DNA of 64,000 nucleotides from Azolla caroliniana (GCA_043228905.1 JBHGNT010000002.1:21204001-21268000), one strand, 5' to 3'; numbered from the stretch's first letter, positions 50,713-61,920 are shown. Translations and numbers: made by a program. The notes: generated from the sequence alone by a model not told the origin.

Positions 50713-53489
50713 TTACGGAGAATCACTACTATAACTAATATACAATGACGATTCCTCCTCGTCATCCTCGGATGTACCAATCAGTGCATTATCTTTGTCA
50801 TAAACCAAATGGTTTGACTCTAGATTATATGTAGCAAATCTCGTTTGCCTTTGACTCTAGCCACCTTGTAGACTTGGTAATTTTTCTTTTATTATATCGA
50901 TTGTTGACTTCCTTAATCATCCGACTTTTGTAAGTGTGAAGTCGTACACGATGATATCCACATCAGAGATATCAAGGTCGAGGTGTTACGAATGTTTCAC
51001 TTCCTCTTCCTACCTCCCCTTATTGTTGGGCATTCAATCATCTCCAATGTATACTTACCTGTAAAATCATTTGCACTTCTAGTGGTGTACCAATGAACGT
51101 TACAAACTTGATCGTGTTTTCTATTTCATGCATTAGCACTTCTAGAATTTTACCAACCCAAAATTGGTGGCCATGTGAGTTCTCATCAGCCGGCGTTGCA
51201 ATCAACATCCCCGCCGTGACCTCTTGCAACTTGCCTTGCCATCTAGCTTCGGCTGCTTTGGTCATCCTTGGTCCCACATAAATGTCTCTTTGTTGTGGAT
51301 GGACCAAACTGTCATTAATCACATTTGCTGGTTGCTCCGGAGTTCTATTTACACGATCATGTTGCAACGACCATGTGAATGGCATTTCCAAATTCCAATT
51401 ATCACCAAATACACAATTATCTATAATTCCTTTCTTATCACTATAAAATACATCCCACCATGACGTGTCTTGTTGTGCGACATATTTCTTGGCGACCTCA
51501 ATATGCTTTCTTTTTTTTTCTAAGGCTTGGAGCCATAACTGTTTTTGTTCTGATACCAAGTCACTCTACAACTGTCCTTTCTTCTTAATTGGCATTTGCT
51601 TAGCTCCATGGACAATTGTACTCGGCATACAAAGTAATAACTGGCAACCACCTTGAGGTTCCCATGTTGTAGAAGATGAATATTGTTTAGCATACAAAAG
51701 TACTTATTTCATTTTTCTTTATCATAAAAATGTGATTGAAGCTTATATTGTTTAACTGGGCAAGCACTTTAACATTCCCAACACCCCCATCTGATATATA
51801 TCTCTTAAAGTCATATACCTCCTTCAAGTGTAACACTTTTGGGCGTGGTGTATATGCATCACAAATGACATAAAATAGTTTAGTTAATGTGAAAGCATCA
51901 TGCCGAGACAACTGTCTGGAGAATGTGCTAAACATCTTATCCATATGATCATGTGTGTGGCCAACCAAAAGAAAATTGACTTTCACTTTTCTAAACAATC
52001 ATTGGTTGACCAACATACTTAGATAGCCAAACACAGTTGAATTTTTGTTCTCTCTAGCAGTATTGTCCAATTGAATGTATAGAACAGGGGGGAAAGGTTG
52101 GCCCCAAGACATCAAAACTCGGTGAATCACTGTAACTGTTAGTTTAGGGTCATTGTGAACATTGGGGTATGTAATGAAGACGTGAGGTCCAACATACCTA
52201 TTATAAGCCAAACATCCCACCAAGTGCATTTGAACAAGGCACTCATCATTGATGTCTTTGGGGAGCCTCCGCATATGCGGCAAGCACGTCTTCTTCTGGT
52301 CCATGCCATCTATCATTAAGCACATGTATTGTTCGGACCTCTTCAAACACTTCCCTCTATGATGCATCGCCTTCTTTCGTTCTAACGATTGTGCCTCACA
52401 ATACTCTTGTAGTAACTTCTTACTCATATTCTGTTCCATTGATGTCTTTGCACCTTTAGCCAAACTTTTAAGATTTGCACAAATGGAGCAATACCCCATG
52501 CGTACTTTACGTGGAATGATAACATTTGAAAACCGAGCTCTTCATAATCTTGTGAATTGGCTATATGTGACAGACTTATTACGTGAGCCCACCATATCAG
52601 ATCGATAGACATCATAAACTTCCCGACGTTTGCAATTATCAGAGAGGTGCATCCTACCTGTACTGGGCATTACTTCACAATTTAACTGAAAGTAACTTTT
52701 CATCCAACCAATAACATGTCTTCCAATTGCACCTTTCATACTTGGAACCTCTTTGCGATTGAGCATCTAATCCCCACTAAGTAGACGTTGTTGTACTCTA
52801 TGTAGCCGCATGTTACTAACACATAACGCAATTTTGAATGCAACTCTACATATCTGTTGCGCATGGAAGATATAATACTCGGATGATACTTTGATCCCCG
52901 TACAATTGTCAGACACTAGTTGCATATGTGACCCAAGGTAAGTGTCTTGCTCATCACCAGTAATCGAAAAATAGTATCGCCTTAATTCTCGCAACTTTGA
53001 TTTTCCAATCATAGACATACAACCACGGGCACAACATAGTTTTTTTACATCAAATCCAATCTGTTTATCTGATGTCACCAAGTTAAATCTAGCCAAACGA
53101 ATTCTTCGTGGGATTCTTCTAATATGCATCGGGCTTCCAGATTTGTCTTCCTAGATAGAAGTTGGTGTAATCTTGTTACTATCCAATTCTTTGTTGTGAC
53201 CAACGCCCCTGATATTCGATGTTTCATTGGCACTACCTTCATTCTCCGTATCTTTATTAATATCGTATTCTTCAATAGAGAACTCTTCACATGTGTCATT
53301 ATTCACATTCGTTATAGGTGAAGATGATCTCAGACAATACTCTTCGATAGAATATGGTGAGTCTGTCGACAGACAATAATCTTCAATAGAAAATGGTGAG
53401 TCTGTCGACAAACAATACTCTTCGGTAGAAAACGAAGAGTTTGATGACAAACAATATTCTTCAATCGAGAACGGTGAATCTTCACTCAT
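50713..53489 (-). pseudogene. Sola1-like DDD transposase with Cys-rich N-terminal region and beta-rich C-terminal domain
   Basis: Successive ORF pieces: CCARGC, ICRVAF, CSIC, then IDGMDQ, YIQLDNTARENKN and FLLVGHTHDHMDKMFS (three acidic motifs of an RNase H-fold transposase). Several stops and frameshifts. The Sola1 label rests on motif recall plus the 4-bp AWWT-type TSD. Confidence 0.82.
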
Positions 53490-54154
53490 GGCTTAAGGTC
53501 CACACAAAGCTCTTTAAGTTATGTGCTTAGGCTAAGGCAAAAAACTGATAAGCTCCTCTCTAAACAGAAGCTCCCTCAATATAATGTCTATATTATTTAA
53601 TATTATATTAATACAATACATAAAAAATATTATTTTTAATATAATAATTGTATTTAACATATTAATAATTACTTAAACTGGTCTGTATGAAGTTAAATCA
53701 AGTATAATATAATTACAATCATTACCAAGCCATATATATGTTGGATTAAAGTTAAAATCATTGGTTAATTAATGGCACCCATTTTTAATATAGAACTTCT
53801 CAATCATTGGTTCATTCATGCCCACATCTTTAATACAGAGTAGTTATGAGTCATAAAAATATTGCTTTTAGTAATCAATCATTGGTTCATTCATGAACCT
53901 CTATCATTGTATTCTTCATGACCTTCAAAGTCATTGTAAGTTATTTTGACTATAAAATATTCATCAATATGTTAGTTTGACTTTGTAATCATTGATGCAA
54001 TAATAAGTAACTCTGGTTAAAGTGACTGTGGTTGCTTTAACCATTGTGGTCAATCCCTATAAATAGTGCACACAGAGCAAAAAGAGCAAATAGATCACAC
54101 AGAGCACAAAGCACGAAAGCGAGATCTCCGCCTAAAAATTGACAAATATCAAGC
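53490..54154. promoter_or_regulatory. Putative bidirectional promoter between the transposase and MTase start codons
   Basis: 665 bp, AT-rich; CTATAAATAG at about 54056-54065, ~90 bp before ATG 54155; AATCATTGGTT motif at about 53756, 53802 and 53877. Confidence 0.5.
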
Positions 54155-57100
54155 ATGTCTTCAAAGAAAATCGAGAGCCAAGACTCCAGATAAGCCTCTA
54201 ACACTGTCGACATTTTTGTAAATATGTTTTAGCATCAGGAACTCGATACGCCGTATCGAGTTCCTATATAAAACACAAACTTTATACAGGAACTCGATAC
54301 GGGGTATCGAGTTCTTGTGTGAAGTTTAAGTTTTATAAAGGAACTCTATACAGCGTATCGAGTTCCTACTTAAAGTTTTTGTTTTAAAGAGGAACTCGAT
54401 ACGCCATATCGAGTTCTTGTATTATGTTTGCGTTTTAAACAGGAACTCGATACGGCGTATCGAGTTCCTGTATTATGTTTGCGTTCTAAACAGGAACTCG
54501 ATACACAGTATCGTGTTCCTGTATAATGTTTGTGTTTTATATAGGAACTCAATACGCCATATCGAGTTCTTGTATAAAACTTAAACTTCACACAAGAACT
54601 AGATACGCCGTATCGAGTTCCTGTATAAAACTTAAACTTCACACAAGAACTCGATACGCCATATCGAGTTCTTGTTTAATGTTTGTGTTTTATACAAGAA
54701 CTCGAGATGAACTCGATACGGCGTATCGAGTTCCTGTACATAGTTTGTATTTTCCTATACACCGTATCGAGTTCCTGTATTATGTACGTCTTTTATAGAG
54801 GAACTCGATACGGTGTATCGAGCTCCTGTATTATGTTTGTGTTTTATACAGGAACTTGATACGCCGTAACGAGTTCCTGTTTAAAGTTTACATTTTGTAT
54901 AGTAACTCGATACGCCGTATCGAATTCCTGTGTAAAGTATGTGTTTGATACATGAACTCGATACCCTGCATCGATTTCATGTATATACAAGAACACAATA
55001 CGGCGTATTGATTTCCTGTATAAAACAAGAACTTTAAAGAAGAATATTGTGTGTTTGGGATACCAAATTCAAGTCTATCATATGCAAATTCTCTAGAATA
55101 TGGATATGGAATCAATATAAGCCATACCTACCCTTTAAGATAATATATATCCTTCTATACTTATTAAGATATATATTTTCTAAGTTGAATAGCCCTTACT
55201 AGAATGGATTTCTGAATAAAGGACTACCATGTTCACTCAATGCATGATTGATATTTATAGTTTACCACAACTCGCCTGCTAGTTTATGTCTTCATCTAAT
55301 TATTTGTATTTTAATATACAACCTTAATGTACATGACCACCTAACTTATGTTTTCGCATGTCCTTTTTTAAATAGGTCGTTTGAGAACTTGTCTGACCGA
55401 CTTGTGAAGAAGATAAAGCTCTGCATATAGGGTTCTCCAATTAAAACACAGACCCTAATAGCTCCCGAGAACATGAAGAGAGGAAAAAAGCTTCTCTTCA
55501 ACGAGGAGACAAAATCTCAACCACCCATTGAGGTTAACGAAAAGAAACTATTAGCAGCTACTGGTGGTGAAGACCTTCCTGACCGTGATAAGTGACAAGG
55601 AATGGTGTATGCAATACGTTGACTCCAAGAAAAAAGTCGTATTGCATACAACAAAGAAGAAGGGTGATGGGTAGCTTGAAAATGAAACCCCATTTATGTA
55701 TGGACGTATTCTACGATTTGACTATGAAGATGCAGATTCGGCCAACATACTTGTAATTATAGAGTGCTCTAAGGGGGCACATAAAGTGTTCCTTTCTGAA
55801 GATCTTCTAGTAAAGGAATCCTGTGGGCCAGAAGCTTTCAAAAAAGATCTAGAAAGCTCACAAAACCTTATTGTTACCTTGAGGCCTTATATACAAGGCC
55901 ATGTAACTCTAAGGGAGGCATTGCTCTCCCCAGTGAAGGCCACAAAAAGGGCATCTAAAGTACAATCAAGAACACCAAAATGTCAGACTCTGACTCATCA
56001 AGTGAAAATGAAGATGAGGACACTAAGGGGACGCTAGGAGCTGAGCTGGCATCGGGTGTGTTGTCATCCGAGCAGAATAAGATATGGAGAGAGTTAATGT
56101 AGCGAGAGTTAGTGTTTAATTTGCCTATAACACACATCCATCGGCCCCCTATTGATGAAAAAACAAGACGAAGACCACTTGAGATTAGAGAGCCACACCG
56201 AATGCATGTTCAAAATCTCAAGAAAAAAATGAAAAATTATCCTCATGCTACCGTTGTGCCTTTTATTGTTATGGTGGATCCTGAAGAATGTGAAACCATT
56301 GAAGATTTTGATATAAGAAAGCATGATCAATATAATTACTTTGTCATTGGTGGATCGCATTCAGTAGAGGCAGGTCTACAACTTGTGAGAGAACATCCAA
56401 TGACTTTCTTCTTCAAGTATGCCTAGTGCAAAATTTACGTGGGTCTCAGAACTGAAGAGGAAAAGCTGTTAGCATGGGACCACAATAACGACAATGACTA
56501 TAGGCAGAAAATGTCATCGATTGAGCGTATAAGGTTCTTCCACCACGAGTATTTGGACGTCAAACAAAAGTTTGGTGTGAAGCTAAATCCAGGCCTACGA
56601 CGTCAATGCTTGCATGAAGTCGGCATTGTGGTAGATGATAATGTTAAGTCCGATGGTCTTCAAAAATATGAGTCTTGGTTTCAACTGGCCTTTAGAGATG
56701 GAGAAGTATGGGACCTACAAGATCAAATCTTCTCAATGTGGGAGAATAAGGAGGTCAAGGGTCAACGACAAAAGAAATGTAAGGTTGACCCTCAACTAGA
56801 ATTAAAGTCACAAGCGGCCAAGAAAATTGACTTCACAATTGAAGAAGCGGCTGACGACATGAGGCTGTCTCTGTGGAGAGCGATGCAAGGTATTAAGGAC
56901 GAGCAGCTTCTTGTGTCTGTTTTGTCAAGGGTTGTGGCCAAAGATTTAAGCCTTGAAGAAATGGTCACTAAGTTCAATAAGTCTTTTAAATACTGATATT
57001 GAAGTCTATATGGTGCAATTGAAAGTTCTAATCTCGTTTTCTAATTTCACAGTCATAAGGTGTACATGAAGATCCAAGAAGTTATGATGAAACAACTTGG

Positions 57101-58565
57101 ATGTATAACTTGGGAACAAGTGACCGAGGATTATCCTCTAACGTCTTCATATAAGGCACTATCGGAGTATTTATTGCATTCAAGGATTGGGTTAGTATTG
57201 GTGGTTTTTCATTAAGCTTTCATCATATGTAGAGTTTGTATAATAAAACTTGATGTCCTATGGCTTCTATTAGAAACCGTGTCGTGGCAAGAAACAAGGA
57301 GAAGTTAAGGATATACACGATTTCCTGACATCCTTCCTTGCACATCTCGAGAGATCCAGAAAAGAAAAGGATCGTCGCTTAGTCAAGGCGTACGAAATGG
57401 AGGAAGATGGCTCCTTCAAAAAATTTAGCCACAAAAAAGATATTACGAGAGATCTTTACTACAATGTGGTATGCGGCGATGTCGTTGACATGATCCAAAA
57501 AGTGCCAAAGAAGAAATATACGTTAATGATTGCGGATATTCCTTACGGATTTCGAATGGCAGGGTTATCATACGACGATGAACCGTTTAGGTTTAAACAG
57601 TTGGAGAAGATGGTCAAGGATTTTGCTGAGCTAACGACTGCATCCTTGTGGAGAATAGTTGTCTTTCATAGAATGGACCAACGGTACTCGGTAGCTCAAG
57701 CTTTGAGATCTCGTTGCCATGGCATCGAGAACCTTGCATGGTAAGGATTATTTATAGGTCTCATTCACTATATTGCCTTTCTTAAGATTGTTCGATGTAA
57801 TCTTAACTCGATGTAATATTTTTTATAGGATAAAAACCAATGTAGATAGAGGGCCAACCTTTCGGTTCGTTAATGCTATTGAATACATCATGGTTGGCTA
57901 CTTCAATGAAATTAAGAAACAAAGAATCAAAGAGCATTCTAATGAAGTGGGAGGTTCAAATCTGCTGGTATATCCAACAGTGACACGGAAATTACGACAT
58001 GTCACCACAACAGAACGGGGACTTGTCAACCCATACCAAAAACCTCAACGACTTATGATGCGCTTGATCGAGATGTTTTCTATTGAAGGAGACTGGATAT
58101 TAGATCTCTTTTCTGGCACAAGTATTCCTTGAACTAGGGTAACGATCTTGAGATAACCAATACTGAATCTTTTTTGTTTGACAACTAATTATTCTTGTTA
58201 CTTTCTTCACAAGATCGACGTCTGCATGTGCATTGAAGCTCTTTAGAAACATAGTTGCATTGGAGAAGGACAAGGAGCAGGTTATATTTATAAACATGAG
58301 GATTAAGGCTTTGTGGGAGTGCCCAGACTAGGACGAGGAGGTCGGTGCAAAGAACCTCGCTGATACAGAAAGGTTTCAACTTGCTTCGCGAGAGCCTATT
58401 CCTCCGTTAGCCGGGGAACCGGGGGAGCTAATAGAGCTTGATGATGAGCTTATAGAAGATATTTCGTTGGCTCGGCTAATAGGGGAAGCCAATGCACGTA
58501 TAGCCGAAGAGACTTCTATACAGGATGATGAAGAAAATGATATTGATGATTGGATTGCTATGTAA
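54155..58565 (+). pseudogene. ParB-like domain + beta-class N6-adenine/N4-cytosine DNA methyltransferase fusion; predicted exons 54155-54189, 55376-56980, 57053-57190, 57274-57740, 57829-58121, 58213-58565
   Basis: ParB-like: LKKKMK...PFIVMV...YFVIGGSHS...HNNDNDYRQKMSSIERI. MTase: GDVVDMIQKVPKKKYTLMIADIPYG (motif IV), AWIKTN...EYIMVG, NPYQKPQRLMMRLIEMFSIEGDWILDLFSGT/xSTSACALKLFRNIVALEKD (motif I after IV = beta order). Stops, frameshifts and two G>A-damaged splice sites. Confidence 0.88.
54236..55018. repeat. Array of ~16 palindromic 31-bp repeats CAGGAACTCGATACG-S-CGTATCGAGTTCCTG with mostly 20-bp spacers (51-bp period)
   Basis: Units start at 54236, 54287, 54338, 54389, 54440, 54491, 54542, 54593, 54644 and continue after a small rearrangement near 54700-54760. 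Confidence 0.96.
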
Positions 58566-58996
58566 TAGACTCTATGAAGAAAATGACATTGCCGATTTGT
58601 TTGGATTTCACATTATTAATACAAATTTGGGTTTTACTTGGTGGATTCTATTCTTTATAATCTTCTATATGTTTCAATTTTATTTTTATATACTTGGTTA
58701 GTAGACTTATGACATTGGTTTCACCGCGTGCATAGCTGACTACCAAATTTATGGAGAAACATGAGTTAGTTAAAATTGAGGCTGATTTTGGTCCAAGTTT
58801 ACCTTAACATAACATGGTCGTAGAATTGTTGCCATGACTGTCCATGTTGTTATTATGGATTTTTGTCTTCTATTGTTAAAATTATTATGTTTCTATTCCA
58901 TTGCTACTTAGATTGTGTAGTGTGTTGATAATGGTTCCGCTAGTGTTATCCACATGTTTTTATACGCTTGTAGTTCCACTAGCATTATCGTTCGGA

Positions 58997-59273
58997 GTTT
59001 GATCCCATGTGAATCACCTAAGCAATAGGGTAGATCAATTTTAAATACAAGTATGAAAGCCTTAATAGGTTTGTTATTTCCACCACATTATCCTAAAGTT
59101 CACTGTCTTACATTGTCCACAATTATATACATATGGTTTGATCCCATACGAACAAACTGAGGAATAGATTAGATCAACTTTAAATACAAGTATTGAATAC
59201 TTTATTAAGTTAGTTATTCCAATCACATTATCCTAAAGTGCACTATCCTACATTGTCCACAATTATATACATG
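58997..59273. repeat. ~138-bp imperfect tandem duplication in the transposon 3' region
   Basis: GTTTGATCCCAT...TAGATCAA...CACATTATCCTAAAGT...CATTGTCCACAATTATATACAT occurs twice. Confidence 0.8.
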
Positions 59274-59556
59274 CACGTATGGGTCAAAGTATAAATTATA
59301 ACTCATTTTATTAGTTTGGTTACAAGTAAACCTCCTATTTTTGTAAAACTTACCAAATTAATATAAGTCTTTAACTTAGTGTTTCCCATGTCGCACATTA
59401 GTGACATATTGAGCCATTGTTGAACTTTATTATGACTACATTAACTTATCAACACGTCCAAACTTGCATGATTTCTAATGATCTCCACTTGTAGACCTAT
59501 CATGTATTTTTATATTTGCAAATTCTAATCAAGTTGAGGAACATGTGATACTAGTG

Positions 59557-60880
59557 CTGACTACTTTCATAGAAGAGGACTATGAAGGAGAATTCGTGGA
59601 GATCGGGAAATACTTGAGTTCTCTCCAAAAAGATGAATCATGGTTGACAGAAGACTTCCACCGAATTCGGAAGAAGGCGTACAAGTATTTCCTTAAGGAT
59701 GGAGCTCTTTGGAGGCATGCAAAAAAGAAGAATGGGACTCCAATGAGAGTTGTTTGCAAACTGGAAGACTGACAAAAACTAATGTCTGAAATTCATGATA
59801 GTGTTTTTGCAGGCCATCGAGGAATATGGGCTCTGTTCGTGAAGCTTAAGGAGAAATATTGGTGGTCAGGCATCTACAAAGATGTAGCGACTTATGTGGA
59901 AACATGTAAGGAATGTCATTGAGATGAACTTCATCCGACTTACCCGTTGGCTATGCATGACAAGTGGATGGTGGATATCGTAATGATGCCAATGGGGCGA
60001 TGGCAGATGAAGTATCTTGTGCTCGCGAGAGAGGATCTTACCAATTAAGTTGAAGGGCGAGCATTGAGAACTAAGGAGACATCATCAATATGCAGATTCC
60101 TTCTTGAAGATGTGGATGCGTCGGCAAGATAGTGGTTGATAGAGGCGAACTAGATGCCAACAAAGCTAGAGAATTTTTGTCTAGGATGGGAATCAAATTA
60201 TCTCTTACCACGACGTATAATCCAGAAGCAAATGGGAAAGTGGAACGTGGACATGGACCGATTGTGAAGGCTCTAGGGAAAGCTTGTCATGGGAAAATAG
60301 GAGAATGGCCACGTCTATTTCCATTTGCACTATGAGCTGACAGGACTACTCATAGCACGGTGACGGGATACATGCCGGCAGAGCTCATATTTGGACAGAA
60401 GCCGATAATGCCAGTGGAACAAAGTATTGTTTCATGGTTTGCATTACCATAGCAATATGAGATAAGTAGAGAAGATCTTCTAGCATTGAGGATTCGCCAG
60501 TTGGAGCAGAAGTTGGAAGATATAGAAGTGGCTAAAGCACGACTAAAGAATGCAAGACTGAAGAACAAGAAAGACTTCAACAAACGACATCGACTTCGTC
60601 CGAGGAAAATCGTTGAAGGAGATTGGGTGCTGGTCTACAATAGTAACCTAGACAACCAACATAGTACGGCTCAAAAATTTTCACAACGATGGTTTGGACC
60701 ATATGTGGTGAGGAAAGTGGAAAATAATGTAGCAGTTCGTTTAGTAGAACTGGATGGTACACCACTTGCTTTGCCAGTTGCAGGAAAGAGAATCAAGATC
60801 TTTAAGAGAAGAGAGTTCCCAAAGGTTGAAATTGAAGCTTTAGATGATGTAGACTCGACCATCGAGGTTGAAAAAAGAGT
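59557..60880 (+). pseudogene. Gypsy copy C, 3' part (integrase)
   Basis: Colinear with 1363-2723 (LTTFIEEDYEGEF..., YNPEANGKVERGH, RWFGPYVVRK). Confidence 0.92.
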
Positions 60881-60946
60881 AATCAAAAGAGGAACCTCAC
60901 CACAATTGGCACATACCGGTGGATGTGTAGGTTTGGTGGCGGTGAA

Positions 60947-61718
60947 TGTCGTGTGGTTCTTCACATACGATATAAAAAAATAGTGAAATAATTGTTTTAG
61001 ATTAGCTTAAATGTCTTAGTACAAAAAGATGGACGTCTTCAAGATATCCCACATAAATAGGACAACATTGGATCCCACAGTATATAAGGAGGGCCAAAAC
61101 CTATTCGTTATATCAATGTGTGGAGCATAGAATATTCAATGTGATTTGAGCTAGATTGTGTGGATGAATGGCTCGGATAGTTTTGGGTCGTGGCTAGATC
61201 GGCCACGGCGCACGGGCGTGTGCACGGTTCGGAAGGACGCGTGGCTCGGTTGTTCATGATGCACAGCTTGGCGGTTCAATCGCGGGATGCATGCATGGTT
61301 TGGAAGGATGCGGGGTCGGCGGTTCATGACACTCGGCTTGGTGTGGCTCAATCGCGGGCTGTGCACACTGGTTGGTCATGATGCACGGCTCGGTTTGGAC
61401 AGTCGCACGGCTTGGTGTGGCTCAATTGAGGGATGAACATACAGGTCAGTCAGAACAGTCGCACGGCTCGGTCGGGATGCAAGTACGAATCATGCACGGG
61501 CTGAACTTTATGGATTATTGATGCAACTAAAAGTAAAGTCCATGCAACTAAAAGTAGAGGTCATGCTACTAAAAGTGGGCATGCAAAGGAACATCAAGGG
61601 CAATGATCAACAAAGAACTCCATATATATTCTACTCTCTTCTTTTCTCCATGGGGGCTACACCCTTATCTTATCAAAGCCATAACACTGAAAAACCCTAA
61701 TTTTTTGATCAAGGCCAT
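60947..61718 (+). mobile_element. 3' LTR (truncated) of gypsy copy C
   Basis: PPT then TGTCGTG at 60947; homologous to 2788-3580; ends at a deletion junction. Confidence 0.88.
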
Positions 61719-61720
61719 CA

Positions 61721-61920
61721 CGTCGGACCCCTCCTCCCTTTACTCATCTTCCAAAATATCGAGAATATTTGGCTATGGGAGCTCGTCGTTTCTTTTTGTG
61801 ATTGGTGGCGCCGTAACGTGGTTGGGCTCGTCGCTTTGTGGCTCAACTGGCGCTTCCGCCTGTAGTCTCTCTGTGGGTGGCTTCGGTTGTATCTCTTCTT
61901 GTACTGCTTCCTCTACGGTG
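61721..61920. repeat. Second copy of the sequence at 4721-4915
   Basis: GTCGGACCCCTCCTCCCTTTACTC...GGCTCGTCGCTTTGTGGCTCAAC...TGTACTGCTTCCTCT is shared. Confidence 0.9.

Larger units (their letters stand above)
49828..59556. mobile_element. Near-complete ~9.8-kb Sola1-like DNA transposon (subfamily 1) carrying transposase, ParB-MTase and palindrome array
   Basis: TIR starts exactly where gypsy homology stops (TTGGATTCCA|AACACGTTCG). The right end matches the reverse complement of 38928-38970 and stops about 95 bp short of the TIR at a GTG microhomology; about 600 bp of host gypsy is also missing. Confidence 0.9.

Noticed and set aside
54236-55018. True CRISPR array
   Set aside because: Spacers are only 20 bp, related to each other and repeated or inverted rather than unique; no cas genes; eukaryotic intron context.
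57500-57560. Firm assignment as 4mC versus 6mA enzyme
   Set aside because: DIPY leans toward N6-adenine, but motif IV alone is not decisive; needs phylogeny or assay.
54155-58565. Bacterial or phage contamination as source of the MTase
   Set aside because: The gene has spliceosomal introns conserved among copies and lies inside TIR elements nested in plant retrotransposons.
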